The notes: generated by a model from the letters alone, not told the origin. Positions 1-17,571 are shown, counted from the first letter of the stretch. The stretch: DNA of 60,911 nucleotides from Intoshia linei (GCA_001642005.1 LWCA01000069.1:1-60911), one strand, 5' to 3'. Translations and numbers: made by a program.

Positions 1-397
1 CAAATTGAATTTACATTTCAACCTAATTCTGCTAAAACGTTTAAAAGCAAAATTGTTTTACGTTATGATACAGGTGAAACAACAAAAATATACGTTGTGG
101 GAAAAGGGTATGAAGAAAAACTGTGCTTAGAACACGACAAAATACAAATGTCAGATACATATGTAACGAGTTCCCGCCAGACTCCAATAAAAATAATAAA
201 TAAATCGAATGCAACTGGGAAATTTATATGGTCCATATTCGAAACTAATGAAATGGAAGAAAATTACATCAATTCAAAAAAGAATGAATTGGTAAACGAT
301 TACAATTTAAACATTGATAAACTAAAAGAATCAAATGGACTAAACGATCCAATGATAAGAGATAAAATAGCAATAGCTGAGCAAAGTTTACAAATAG
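1..397 (+). CDS. HYDIN: HYDIN-like exon fragment (axonemal central-pair protein, ASH-domain region); open at the window start, no downstream HYDIN exons visible
   Basis: Frame 1 reads QIEFTFQPNSAKTFKSKIVLRYDTGETTKIYVVG...IQMSDTYVTSSRQTPIKIINKSNATGKFIWSIFETNEMEE...DPMIRDKI. This matches the remembered HYDIN N-terminal pattern (FEP...YDTGE...TY.S...I.N.S...F.W..F.T..EE...DP..R). Similarity stops near 397. Confidence 0.7.
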
Positions 398-1348
398 TGC
401 TAACATCAATATATATAATATATATTATACCTACAAACCATATTACAAAAAAAATAAAAATATTCTATGGTGTTTACACCAGAGAATATTTTTTATCCAA
501 TTCAATTTATGATATTTAGTTTAGTTATGAAGTTTATTTTTTTACGATTTTTTGATTTGCGATCAAAAAACTACGATAATGTGATTTTACGATTTTTTGA
601 TAGGGCGCCTGATTTATCATATGATCGTTTCTAGATTAGTGAACTTTTTATCACACTTTTCTATTTTACTGTTAATTCCGATATTTGTGAGGCTAAGCTA
701 ATTGTATAATATAATTGACTAATATTCATAATAATATTTTTTTTTGTAATCTGCAGATTTTATATGTGGAGGGTCTCTAGTGGTAGAACCAAAAAGTTTA
801 TGTCAACTGATTTAGATAAATGTATTTTAATTTTGCAAATAGTTTCTAATGCATCCTAGGGTGGATGCTTAAAAAAATCCAGTGAGTACCCAATATAACA
901 AATAATAAATGTTGCGAAACAATGGTGTACATTAGGCCCTAATGAATAGGGTGTCAACGGTATCTTATATATAATACTGCTCAGTAATATAATTGTATGC
1001 ATATATTCATGTAAACTTTACATTGTAAAGTGTAATTGTTAATGTTTATGTTAATTAAAATTTCATCAAAGAAACAAATTTAAAAATTAATTATCTGTTT
1101 TAACCATTTTTAATTTTCTTATTTTTTAAATAATCTTGTTATGAATAATTGATAATCTAATCAGGGTTGAACCTACCGTGCTAAGATTATTCGAGGGGCT
1201 TTGACGAAATTTTATGTATAAGGTAACCTCATTTTTTTAAATTGAGTATTCAAAAAATATTAAATATAAATAAATGTTAAATTAAAAAACCCGAAAGAAT
1301 CAATTTAAGAGATTTTTACCTATTTCTCTTGATTGGGAAGATATAGAC

Positions 1349-2108
1349 CAGGGTGCACAAACTCGGCGGTGTGCAATATATCATTTTACTTCAAATTGAA
1401 AAGTTTCAATCTTATTTTATTTAGGGGCAATTTAAAATATTTTAATCAAAAAGTTACATTTTTGACTTTGCTAGTTTCTTAAATAAATTAAAACTTGCTG
1501 ATATTAAAATGTAATTAAAACTGCATTATTAGACCTAACCTTGAGGTTCACAATAAAGATTTAAAGTTGGTAGTAAGAATTCTGATGAGTACTGAGCAGT
1601 GGTTCGCAATAATCGACCCCTTTGGGCTTATTCAACATACGATACAAATTGAAATTATTATTTATGTCTGTAGTTAAAGCATGTTAAAATGTTGGAATTG
1701 TGAAGACGCGAAATATTTCAAATCTTTATAACTTTATTAAAACTATAAATAATGGACATATTTTTAAAATGACTTTTAAATTTAAATTTTGTAGTTGCTC
1801 TGTTCTGCAATGAAATATAAATTTTACGTCTAATTGAAATAGTTAATAATCAGATTTTATGCATGGGCAAATTAAAATATTTGCTAGTTATTATTATTTG
1901 ATATTTAAAAGGATAATTGAAGTTTTTGACCTTGAAGGACTAAATAAATACACAGACATATATTTTTAATTAACAAAAAAATAAATTAAATTACTTTATA
2001 TAAGTAAGCATTTGAAATATCATTTCAAAAGGTGTAGATTTTTTGAAGTTTGTTAAAAAATACGTCAAGTGTGCATTTTTAGCACGAAAAGACCATTTGC
2101 CACCTCTG
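1349..2108. mobile_element. hAT-type MITE (degenerate)
   Basis: Ends cagggtgcacaaa...tttgccacctctg; 8-bp flanks atatagac/atatagtg. Confidence 0.5.
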
Positions 2109-2116
2109 ATATAGTG

Positions 2117-2483
2117 CATGACTTTTGAACGGTGGGTGGATCGCCCCTTGGGGAGCGATTTTCTAATCTGGTGTAAAATTTTTATTTTATTTCACAAAAT
2201 ACATAATTTAATTAAAATTATTTTTCGTCATTTGATTAAAATGTATAAGTCCTTTCCTTAAATTTCATAGCTAAAATAACATACAAAAGTATCACAATTT
2301 TTTAAGATAATTATTGATTCTATGGATCGATTCTTTAAAAAATTGAGTAAAAGTAACAACTTGATACTAAAAGGTAATTGAAAATACTTAGTATAGTAAA
2401 TTTTATCAATCTAAAAATATGTGATTTTTATTTTGAATTATAGTCTTAGGGTGGCGATTCTAAAAAAAGGTTGAGAATGCCTG
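2117..2483. mobile_element. hAT (Buster-like) MITE inserted at the target site of the neighbouring element
   Basis: Perfect 8-bp TSD atatagtg (2109-2116, 2484-2491); right end gttgagaatgcctg, left end degenerate. Confidence 0.7.
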
Positions 2484-2542
2484 ATATAGTGTATATGTGT
2501 TGTGTTTTAATAATCAGGATTCCTATATAATATTTTGTATAG

Positions 2543-3750
2543 TGAAATTAAACGAACACGCTGACGACGACAGAATACCTTATATGCTTCCCGTTTTGAA
2601 TAAAGACGATGGAAATTGTTTACTACACGCCATATCTATTTGTAAGAAATTTATATTTTGCGATAATTGTATCTATTGTTAGCTCTTTGGGGTGTAAACG
2701 ATGTACAGTTAACTCTCAGGAAGAGCCTTTACCAATATATGAAAAACATTGCGCCTTCACTTTACAGAAGATGGAAATTCGACGAGTTACACAATTATAG
2801 ATCAGTAACTTTGTTTTTTGGATTGTATTTGTAATTATATTTAGATTGATTTTATTTTATCTGAATCAGAATGGAAACTAGAGTGGGATAACGTGGTGAA
2901 TTTATCAAAATGTGAACCGAAAAGTAAGGAATCCTACCCAGTTTACTATAGTTTGGAACCAATACATGTTTTTATATTGTCCAATATGTTGAAACGATGC
3001 ATTATTGTTTATTCACAGGAAATGGTAAAAGATGCTAGTGGAAACGATATTTCCAAAAATTCATTTCGTGGTATATACTCTCCATACCTTCACCCAAATA
3101 CTGAATGTTATAGAAACCCTATATATTTGTTTTACCACAATAGTCATTTCGAACCTATAATTGCTCTCTACAAGAATGTATCAATTAAAGAAACGTACAC
3201 ACCCATCAAAACAATCAAGGAATCTGATTTAAAGTTTTCAGTTGACCCTGGATGCGATGCCATATGGGACATTACAACCTCTTTCCGATATGTTTCCCAA
3301 CAAGACCATGTAAATGTATCTGATTATTTAACCGTGAAACTTGTAAATATTAAAAATAATAAGCTTATCGTTGAGGATAATGAAAACCATGAAAAAGACA
3401 CTCCAAATATATATAGCGTGGAGGGTTTAGCATCTCAATCCACTGAAAGTATGTATTATTTTAAAGCACAACGTATTTTAGAAAAGATTAAACGAATATA
3501 CAATAATGTAAATAAATTACACATATTTAAAGGAGAATCATCTAAATTGAACGACATGTCGGAGTACTCTTTAAGTGACGACATTGATTTTATCCATAAC
3601 CCAATTCTCTTTACCAAATTTGATAATTTATGTGAAAACGATATGAATTTACAATGTTTTGTAGTCAAATGCATTGTAAACTACGATCGACTGAGTTTTG
3701 ATAATCTCAACAGGATCAATTGTTTTTATAAAAAAATTAAATATTTATAA
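2543..3750 (+). CDS. OTU-family deubiquitinase, OTUD7/Cezanne (A20-like) type; 5' exon(s) not found
   Basis: Exons ~2543-2641, 2683-2804 and 2845-3750 (introns 41 and 40 nt) give DDGNCLLHAISISLWGVND.QLTLRKSLY, EWKLEWDNVV, SLEPIHVFILSNMLKRCIIV, FRGIYSP and YHNSHFEPI. Catalytic Cys and His motifs are intact. Confidence 0.85.
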
Positions 3751-3875
3751 TATTCATTGGTTTACGCATCCGTTTGTCAATATCTATGTTTTTATTTCAT
3801 ATTGTATTAGTGACGGAAATAATTAAATTAATTTGCTCTCATTCTTTAATTCACATGGATTTTCATTTTTACAAT

Positions 3876-6800
3876 ATGTATGGGATTATCTTAGACGGAA
3901 TTCGCAACTTTATAATGTCATCTTTTGGTGAGAATGTTTGGACAGAAATAATAAGTGATATTGGCATTGCCTTCGATAACTTTGAACACGATAGGAAATA
4001 CTGTGAATCTTTACTTATAAATATAATTAATGCGATGACAAAAATTACAAAATTAGATCGGGTTCGAAATTTAAATTCTTTAAAACAGCATTATAGGATA
4101 TCTTAATGGAAAAATGTGGAAAAAACTTTCACTGTAATTTTATTACCTTAAAATGTATTATTAAAAGGTTTCTTGGTAAATAATGGATTCAAAGATACTA
4201 TTGAAGGTATACTTATAAAATGTTTTAACAAATAATTCAGTAATTGGACGCGATTTAAGTGGATTTATCATGTGTTTGGATGATGTTCATAATTTCATGA
4301 CGTAATTTTTCGATATAGAAATATAACTTTGTAGTCCATATTTTCCCAACATGCAGAATCCAACTTTTATTGTGCGTAATCAAAACCAAAACGGAATTAC
4401 AATAATATACACAAGTCACAGACAGGGGTTTGCAAATTATGTGATTGGTATATTAAAATCTGTAAGATTTTTCAATTTATAATTTGAATTGATTTAGATT
4501 GCAAATAAAATGTTCAATGTTTATCCGACATTCACTATTATTTCTTCAGTTATTAATAGTGACAATTATAAATATGTTATTGAATTAAAGTACCTACGTC
4601 GTATATATTTCTATTTTCATTTAGATATAATAATGAAAATTACATTACAAACTTGGTTAATTTTGATTACCATTGTAATTTAAAGTATTATTATAATTTT
4701 TGTCTCAATTATAGTGAAACATTTCTGTGATATGAAAATAAGTGTCAATAGTATTGAATCCATGCTTCCGTTTTCATTGTTTCTTGATTGTAATATGAAG
4801 ATTGTTGGATTAGGCAATAGTCTCAGAAAGGCGTGCGTTTTTTATTATAATTCACAATAAAACTTAGAGCGCCACACTTATTTGGTTCTCTTTTTGATCA
4901 GACGTTTCATATCATAAAACCAAATATAACTTGCACGTTTCATCAAGTTCATATTTTATTTTACATTTCAACGTTATCTAGATTTTCCTAAATATTTCAG
5001 CGTCATTTTTAATTCACCTTTTAAATATTAGTACGAGGTCCGTCATAAACAGTATTTTAGAAATGAATAAGTTTTTAATTTAATTAGGTACCTTTTCAAC
5101 AGAAAGTAGTGATTTAGAATTTGAAGGAATGATGCAATATTTACCTGAATCTGAACAATTAATGTTTACTGGAATTCCAGTGTATTATATTATATTATTT
5201 CTTATTAAAAATAGTTGCAAAACAGCACACCAACTTATCGAATCTAAATTATTCCTCGCCGATTTAGGAAAATGCGATTTGACAAGAAACATTATTTTTT
5301 CAGTTATGAACCATGAAGCGGAATCAATTTATTCTTTACATATGGCATCCGAATTTATTTAGTTGTTTTATCATTTTAACTAGGATAAAGAAACGAAGGT
5401 TGGGAATATAGTGAATAATTTAAAGGTATTAAGCTTAAATATAGACCCTTTATTGAAGTAAAAGATTTCTCCGTCTTTACCGGGAAGTGATACAGTTGAA
5501 CCAATGGTTTGTTATTATTAGATTATTAATCCGTATATTTCAATTATATTAACGACTATGAAGGTTTTTTTTCATTAATGTAAATATTTCTTAAATATTG
5601 TGTAAATTGTAAATCAATTTTCTGAAAATGACCGCACCAAAAAATTAATTGAGGGCAATATTTTGATTCATATTTTTTAGAGTAAATATTGAAAGAAATT
5701 TTTATATTACCAAATTTGATGATGTTTATTCTCCAGTAGATATGCCAAGTCTATTTCCTTTTTTGATAAAAGTTTGACTAAGACGACTTATAACGGTGGT
5801 TTCTGATTGAGGTTTCTGGACCCCTTGGGTCCAAAACTATATGCCTGGGGTCCTTGAGATTCAAATATTACATAAAAAAAATTTATTCAACTTTTGTTTA
5901 TTTTCATAGGAGAATTTTTAATATTTATTACAGTTGTCAGATATTGGTAATTTATCCTAAAGCCTAGACGACAGCTACATTATTATTTAAAAAATCCCAC
6001 TTTTTTCCCACCATTAAATTTAAACTAATAAAATTTAATAAATAATATCATTTCATACCTCAGGAAAAATTCGACTTTTACCGATATTTTTTTGAAAAAC
6101 ACGATTTTACCAAAAATTTATTGAAAAAAAACCTTTCATAAATGTTTTATATGGTATGTTTCCTTAGGGGTCCAAAAAATAAATACTTTTTAAATGGGGT
6201 GCGTAGTAGTACTGACTCCGTACGCTATTTGAATTTGGAACCACTGACTTAGAATAATAGATGCTTGGTCTATTACAAAAGTCTACAACTTTTTGCATAT
6301 TGTGGGACACTTTTTATATCAAAAAATTATATGGGTCCCGTTTTTGAAAATTTACACATAATAGATTTCAATTTTAACTGAAAAGAAACGTTTCTAGTAT
6401 ATTCAACAAAATAAAATCCGGGACGATCTAAAAATTCAGTATTAAAATGTTATAATGAGCCAATTATAGTAGAAAATGTTTAAAGCGGTGTTTTTAAATG
6501 GAAAAATTTAAAAATAAATAATTTACATATTTACTCAAATGGCCACCAAAATTATCCAGTGACTTTTGGCCCGCGGGCCACTGGTTGCCGACCCCTGGTC
6601 TATTATAATAGAATTTGCTAATTAGCAAAATAATCTGTTATTGTTTAGAAATTCAAATATGCTACAATACTTTTCACGGATATAATTAATTTTGCTTGTA
6701 TATGCAGTGATTTGGAGGTACATTTTAATTAAATATCCTATAACTCATTAAAGCTAAAAAATTATTTTCCAATGTAGGCAATAGAGGTAGTAAATTTGTT

Positions 6801-8150
6801 GACAAATCTACTCACTGTTTTTGATAGTGTATGCCTCAAAAATAATGTTTGTAAGGTAAATTAATTTATATTAACATAATATATTATTAATTGTAATATT
6901 ATTTATGGAGGTAATATGTTATATGATAGACTAGTCCAAGTAAATTGTGGTGGGGTTAACATTTACGATACTAATATAAATTTGGTCGGTTGCATTTGAT
7001 TTTTTCCGATTTTTATTATAAAAACTTTTTTAACTCATTTTCAGCTACATCTAAAACTAATGACGGTCAATTTTACATTTTTTGTTGAGAAATCATTTTT
7101 TATATTATTATTTATAACATCCTACTTTTGCTTATTGTTTGAGAAATTTTAAATACATTTTTACCAACGGAAATTAAATTTGCGTTATTTATTTTTTCCT
7201 CACATATAAATTTTTACCCCCTTAGCATTATGACGAATATAGTATTATAATTATACAATTATATACAATAAAATAATAACGAATACCTAATTCAGTTTAA
7301 TTAAGTTATAATTTGAAATTAAACGAGATTTTGGGACACTTTTTTCTATCACACAAATGATGATAAAACCTCATTTTAAATTTTACTTTTTTAGGGTTGT
7401 TAAATATTTGTTCTTGATCATACACTAGATATGATATAAGAAAATGTCTTAAATCATGAACCAGGAGTGTTTAAATTAATTACAATGGGGGTGTCTAAGA
7501 CTTATGTCGCGCACTGTACATGTATAATTATAATTAGGTAGATATAATAGGCGACGCTTATGTTGGAGTTGGTGGAATCCCGATAGAATCTAAATGTCAT
7601 GCTTTCGATACTGTTAATTGTGCTTTTGATATGATTGATTCTTTAAAAAACATTATATTTGATAATGACAAATTTAAATTAAAAATTAGACTAGGTAGAA
7701 TTATATTATTCATAAACATTCATAAAAGGTATCCATACTGGCCCAATTATGGCGGCAATAGTAAAAACTAAAATTACTAAATTATATTTATTTGGAGATA
7801 CTTACGATATAGCTAATAAAATTGAAACTTTAGCAAGGGTAAAACAATTCATATAAAGATAATTATATATTTAGCCAATGAGTGTTTACATAACTGAAAA
7901 TACTTTGAAGGAAATAGAAAAGTTCAATCCTGTTACAGAAAAAGAAGACCCATTTAAATACAAAGTAATTTTTAGACTTTAACTGTGACGTTTAAATTTA
8001 AATAAACTTAATTCTAAGCTTAATCTAGTCAAGCGGTCATCGTGGTACACCTTTATTTGTAAAAAATATGTATAAAGATAGTTTATTTTTTAACTTTTTT
8101 TGTGATTTTTCAGAAAAACTAATTTACATACATAATGTAAAACGATGACG
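3876..8150 (+). CDS. Soluble guanylate cyclase, atypical (H-NOX + PAS/HNOBA + class III cyclase), many exons; 3' end approximate
   Basis: Starts MYGIILDG. Spliced H-NOX contains LDDVH and YTSHRQG. PAS part has MLPFSLFLD and FEGMMQYLPESEQLMFTG.P. Cyclase exons (6649-6717, 6778-6855, 7538-7694, 7729-7838, 7875-7964) give ATILFTDI, KVDIIGDAY, IRLGIHTGP and LFGDT. Confidence 0.88.
5794..6246. mobile_element. hAT MITE in sGC intron (partial inverted copy at ~17135-17290)
   Basis: Ends cggtggtttc...ggaaccactg; TSD acttataa/acttagaa; its right ~150 bp recur in reverse complement at 17135. Confidence 0.7.
6276..6597. mobile_element. hAT MITE in sGC intron (related copies at 38794-38963 and ~40910-41000)
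   Basis: Perfect TSD gtctatta (6268-6275, 6598-6605); right end ggttgccgacccctg. Confidence 0.75.
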
Positions 8151-9105
8151 AATGGCTATTTAACATGATACCAGTAAAAAATGATAAATCAAACAAATAC
8201 TTTGCCATAAACCAAAGCATTGGTTAAGCAGTGTTTTTCAGCGGGAATTTGAAATTTTTATGAATGGATTTTTTTATTTATTAGATTGGCTATGATATTG
8301 TAATATTGACAGTAGTAATGTTACGGAAATATTTTTATATTCTGGCGTACAATTTAAAATTCTTATGTATACGTAATACGTATGCCCTACTGAATGTAAT
8401 TTAATTTAAAAATTATTTTTAGACCACTCAACTGAAAACATATTATTTAAAACAAAAGTTAACAATTTGTTTCAATCAAATTTAAATACATGTATTTGGT
8501 GTTGTATATTTAAATTAAATATTGTTGTTAAAAATTAAAATAAATGTATAATTGTAAAAAATCGTCAAAATAATATGAACATCAGAAAAAATAAAAATAC
8601 TTTTTCTTCTATCATACATTTCGAATAAAGGAGTGGTTCCCAAACTGATTTCACCATGGACCGGTCATTTCACATTAAATTAAATGTATAGTGAATTATT
8701 CACTTAATTTTATTTTGTTAACATTTGTGTAAAGCAGTGATTCCCAACCTTCTTTACCACAGCGCCCTGCAGTCATAAAAATATTCCACCGCCCCTTAAA
8801 ATTTTTTTTGTAATGCACTGAATTTTTTTCGGTGATGTGGAGATGTAACCCAAAACTTTTTTGAGTGTAATATATCTTTCAGTCAGATGTGATTATTGAA
8901 ATAGAAATGAATTCATATCCTAATTTGTGTCATATAATATATTTCATTTAATCTGGATCAAATTTGACTGTAGTCGCCTCTGTAAATTAACATCTATTTT
9001 GAGTATTCAAGTAAATTTGACAAAATAAAAATGAAGTTAGACGGAAAACAAAGCAACGATACCAATTGTTACAATTTGAAACTATATTTTCGCTATTTTG
9101 TTAAA

Positions 9106-9883
9106 ATGTTGAAATTATTGACATTTGCTCTTATTTGTTACGTAGACCTGATTTCATGTGATTACTACGATAAGAGTGGAAATTTTGACAATTTAAAATA
9201 TATTGAAAAAACAAGAAAAAGACATGCCAATGAAAATACTGGATGTGCCCTCTTCTCTAAACAAATTTTGAACAATTATATTGTACAGAATAGAAATTTG
9301 TATATCAAATATACCATTTACAATGCTGAAGAAAGGTACTGTCAAATGAAAAAACTTATTTTTTAGACCCATGTATTCAATATATGCGATAGACAAATCA
9401 TTTGATTCTGACGACTTTGAACTGATTGGGGGTAGTTTATCTGCCAAAATAGATATAATAATGCCGTATAACTTTATTATTATCAAGCTAACATTTATAC
9501 CTTTATAGATTTTCCAATGCTACATTTATGGCAATAATTCAACCAAAAATGTATGGTTACCATACATTTAAATCTGCCGATATGGAATATTCTCTGAATC
9601 AAGATGGATCAAACCCTAATGTTTTTACTGTGTTATTATTTTTCATCTATTTTAGAAAATGTTTTCTTCACCACCTGGCACAGGACTAATCATCTATGAA
9701 AAAACTTATTCAACCAATTTTGAACATGAAACTGTAATTTTTTTAGCAATAAGTATGTTTTATATACAATTTTAGAGTGTCTGGTTCTTTTATGGTCTGG
9801 TTTCTGTCCTATTTACCCTCGTACCATTCCTTGTTTGGCGTTCAAGTGTCTCAAGTCGACAAATGAAATTAAAATGTAATTAG
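9106..9883 (+). CDS. SSR2: Translocon-associated protein beta (TRAP-beta/SSR2)-like, 5 exons
   Basis: Signal peptide, then FSKQILNNYIVQNRNLYIKYTIYN, DKSFDSDDFELIGGSL, QPKMYGYHTFKSA..Y, SSPPGTGLI and a C-terminal TM ending VPFLVWRSS. Colinear with TRAP-beta. Confidence 0.8.
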
Positions 9884-10398
9884 TTATTAATATTAAACAT
9901 TAACAAAAAAATATTGTTATAATTTATAGAATTTAAAAACTGTTTATTGAGAAATTTGCGAGTCTCATTTTTCCATCGACGTTTAAAATTGTTTCATTAT
10001 AATGACATAAATAATTGTTTTAGGCTAAAACCTTGTACCTAAAATTTAAGTACCATTTCTAAGACTAAATATGAAAATTTTACTAACCATTTCAGTAAAA
10101 TTAATAAAAATGACATTTTTCAAAATTTATAAATTCAAATTTTCCGAGCTACTATTTATACGAAAATATGTTCAAAGAATATAAATTAACCAGTGAATTT
10201 GGATTTGTTGATTCTAACATGTTTCATCATTTTGTAGCATACAACAACGCGTTTCATAATAAAGAAATTTGCTTTTAGTCGTATCATCTGTAGTAACAGA
10301 ATCAACAAACCTTTATTATAATTATGACTTAACCGTGAATAGCAAATTATTAGCTGATATATTAAATAATTCACCTTACATTAATTGATTAAATTGAC

Positions 10399-14341
<3,943 letters not shown>

Positions 14342-14379
14342 TTTTATTAAAAACCTACATGTATGTATAAATATTTCAC

Positions 14380-17300
14380 TTATATTTTTGGTTGAATTTC
14401 GAAAAATATTTTGATAATGTCTTCAATATTGATATTATGTTCTCTTTTGTAGATATCGTATTTTTCATTGTCCGATAACCATAATAAAATTAAAAATGCA
14501 ATTTTTTTGGATAAAGTATATATAAGACTGCTTGCTCTTGCGGCTATAACAATATCAGTTTGCAAGAGAGAGTACAAACAGCGAGATATGTAAGGAGTTA
14601 TAATTTTGAATTTTTCAATCGGTATATTCCAAGTTAAATCAATATCATCATTGATCTTGCTTTGCGCATATACTTCGGATTGACGCTTAATTTCAGCTAT
14701 TAATTGATTAGAGGCACTAATTGTTATTTGTTGTTCTAGATATCGGTCAATTCTTTGAAAGTTATCAATTGGTTCTTCTAATTTGATAAAATGCTAAATT
14801 TTTATAAAAAAGAAAACTTATATTACCTTCATATTATGTGGCATATTACTGATAAAAGTTATGTAAGATTTATGTAAATTATTAAGTAATCCGTAAATAC
14901 TTGATGGTCCAAAATTTTTAGATAAATTGGCGTAAATTTTCAATTTTACAAACAAGGTGCATTTGAGATCATTTTCCAAAAAAAAATTTTCATCTAAATA
15001 TTATGTATGAATTATTAAAAGTATTACCGCTTCCAATGAATTTGGCTATTTCTGACAAGTCTTGAAAATTCAGAGCTGCACATATGGAAAGTCTATGAAA
15101 ATCACTGGGAGTAAAAGGCTTACTTTGAAACATTTTTTGTACAACTAATACATTACTATTTAAAATGGAACCATCATTTTCTGCCAATTCTTTTGATAAA
15201 GAAATGACACCAATCATGTAAAGGTTTTGGCAACTGTTCGCAAGGCAGGTGTAATTGTGTAATTTATAAATCATGTCCAAATCAGGTATAGTATAAACAT
15301 GAATAACCGATAAATTGTGATAGTTAAGGGACAAGTAGAATGACCCTTTTCCAAAAGCTCCAATTTTCTTGTTTAAACATAGAGAACTTATTCTGGAATT
15401 ACTCTTGGCAGAACACTTGTTTACACATTTTAAATATTTTGTAAAATCTAAATGTACATCTTGAACCATGTTTAATGAATATATGCCATCATCTTTTTTG
15501 TTTTGGTTTACTTGAAAATATTTTTCAAAATGACGAAATTTGTCGGAATTATTGGCTTCAGATTTTTTAATTTTCATTAATTTTAAACAATTAAAAGTTT
15601 TGTTGGTATACTTCATACAATCTTGTAAACAACTGATAGGGAACCCATCATTCGAACATATACAGTTGTTTTTACTGACCGTAGTATGAATTATATTCGA
15701 ATAAAGAATTAATATGTACAATTCATCGTATATCATGAAATTCAAAGATTCCACGTTTATTTGACCCAGATTTGTACAAAAAACATTGATAAAATTGATT
15801 CCACCATCAAAAGAATCCCATTTGTGTAGTTCGAGTTGATTTATAAAATTATTTACAATAATCAACCAAAACGAGCAATTATGATAAATTATACAAGCGT
15901 CATGTATAAATAGTAGATTTGACGATAAAATGCTCGATTCATGCGCTCTACAATTTTTTATTTCTGTTTCCAAATTTTTATTGACAGACAATTCATCAGG
16001 AGGAAAATGAGTGACATAAGGAGTATTAGTATTTAGTAATATATCAGAGTTTGGAATAGTTGGAATTAACACCTAAAAATTGATATAGCCATTTTAAACT
16101 TTAAGTACGTTTAAATCGTTAAATATTGCTACAAGGCCGTGTTTTGCAATTTCAAATGCATCTACCAGAGGAAGAGAAATTTTTTTCTTTTCGATTTGTT
16201 CTGTTTCAGATATATGGTAACGCTAAATGGATAACAATTAAATTCATAGACAAACAACCGTGACCGGTCACGATTGTATGGGCAATTTTTAAAAATTTAA
16301 TTTTGTTATTTTTATTATGCATCTAATTTTGATTTAATTTTAAGTTTAAAAATCTGAGAAATTTATATAAATTAACAATGAAAATTTTGATGGTGTCATT
16401 AATTTTTTGACGATTATTTAAAGTTTAAAGCGGTCAATACCGATTATATATACATTTTCAGTAGATACGACTTTATATACTGAAAATATCTATATATCGT
16501 ATTTTTCGAAGTATAAGGCGCACCCTTTTACATGAAAAATTAGGAATGCGCCTTAAATGAGGGTTTTGCAAAGGAAAATTTTTTCTAACTATATATTGTA
16601 CCATTTGATTCTTAATTGTTCAGATATCTCTTAATAAAATTTCTCGCGCCTTATACTCCGAAAAATACGGTAGTTAAAATTTTTCTATATAAAATAAATT
16701 TACAGTATTCTTGGATGGAATCCAAATAAAATCAATCATGTCAGAATTGAATTTAAAATTTGCATAACATTTAAGTTCATAATCATCTGTCTAAAATCAT
16801 AATGAATTGTGATGTAATTAGAAAATTAAACGACTACATAATAAATTCTGAAGAACCAACATTCCCACTAGGCGGCGTTTTAAACCTTATTGGTTAAGTA
16901 CGTCACCAATACATTGCTAAATTCGAACTATAAGAATATAAGAAACTTGAAGAATATACAAATTTAAAGATTCCTTATTTTACCGTAGACGATTAGATTT
17001 GGTTCGCTAGTAATTAATCCCGAGTCGGGATTCCCGACACTGTCTGTTATAGTATAAAATTTACTAAACTATTAACCCTCCCTCTTATCTTCTAAAACAT
17101 CTCCTTTTCCGTAACAATATGGCCGACACTAGACTAGTGGTTCCCAATTCAAATAGTGTACGGACCCCCATTTTAAAATATTTATTTTTTTGGACCCCAA
17201 AGGAAACATAAAATATAAAACATTTATGACAAATGAAAAGTTTTTTCTCATACGATTTGGTAAAATCTTGGTTTTCAAATTCTATCTGGACTAGGCATCA

Positions 17301-17571
17301 ATAATTTATAATAATAAAATTGAATACCAAAAGATACATAAAAAAATTTTGATCATTTGCAAGAACCAAGTAACATCCAGTATCGTCCCATTCCATATTT
17401 TTTAAAGGTAAAGTTCGAAATTCGTAACTGCATTCTTTATCAAGAATGCTCTTGTAAATTTTAATTGTATTGATTGGACTAGTGATACTAAAATAATACA
17501 AACTTAACTAACCTTGGTTTATATTCTTCACTGTAATAAGCAATTACATTTCTGATAGAACAGGAAATCAT
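14380..17571 (-). CDS. MED16: Mediator subunit MED16-like (divergent), multi-exon
   Basis: N-terminus MISCSIRNVIAY...LKNMEWDDTGCYLV resembles MED16 (WSCRNLIAF...LEWDQSGSRLL). It links through short introns to ORFs 14990-16072 and 14380-14577. The remainder is too divergent to confirm by eye. Confidence 0.55.
16497..16670. mobile_element. Tc1/mariner-pogo type MITE
   Basis: TA flanks; ~25-bp TIR tcgtatttttcgaagtataaggcgc / gcgccttatactccgaaaaatacgg. Confidence 0.75.

Noticed and set aside
4829-4867. Possible GC-AG intron in the sGC gene
   Set aside because: A canonical GT donor two bases downstream (gc|gtgcgt) preserves the frame.
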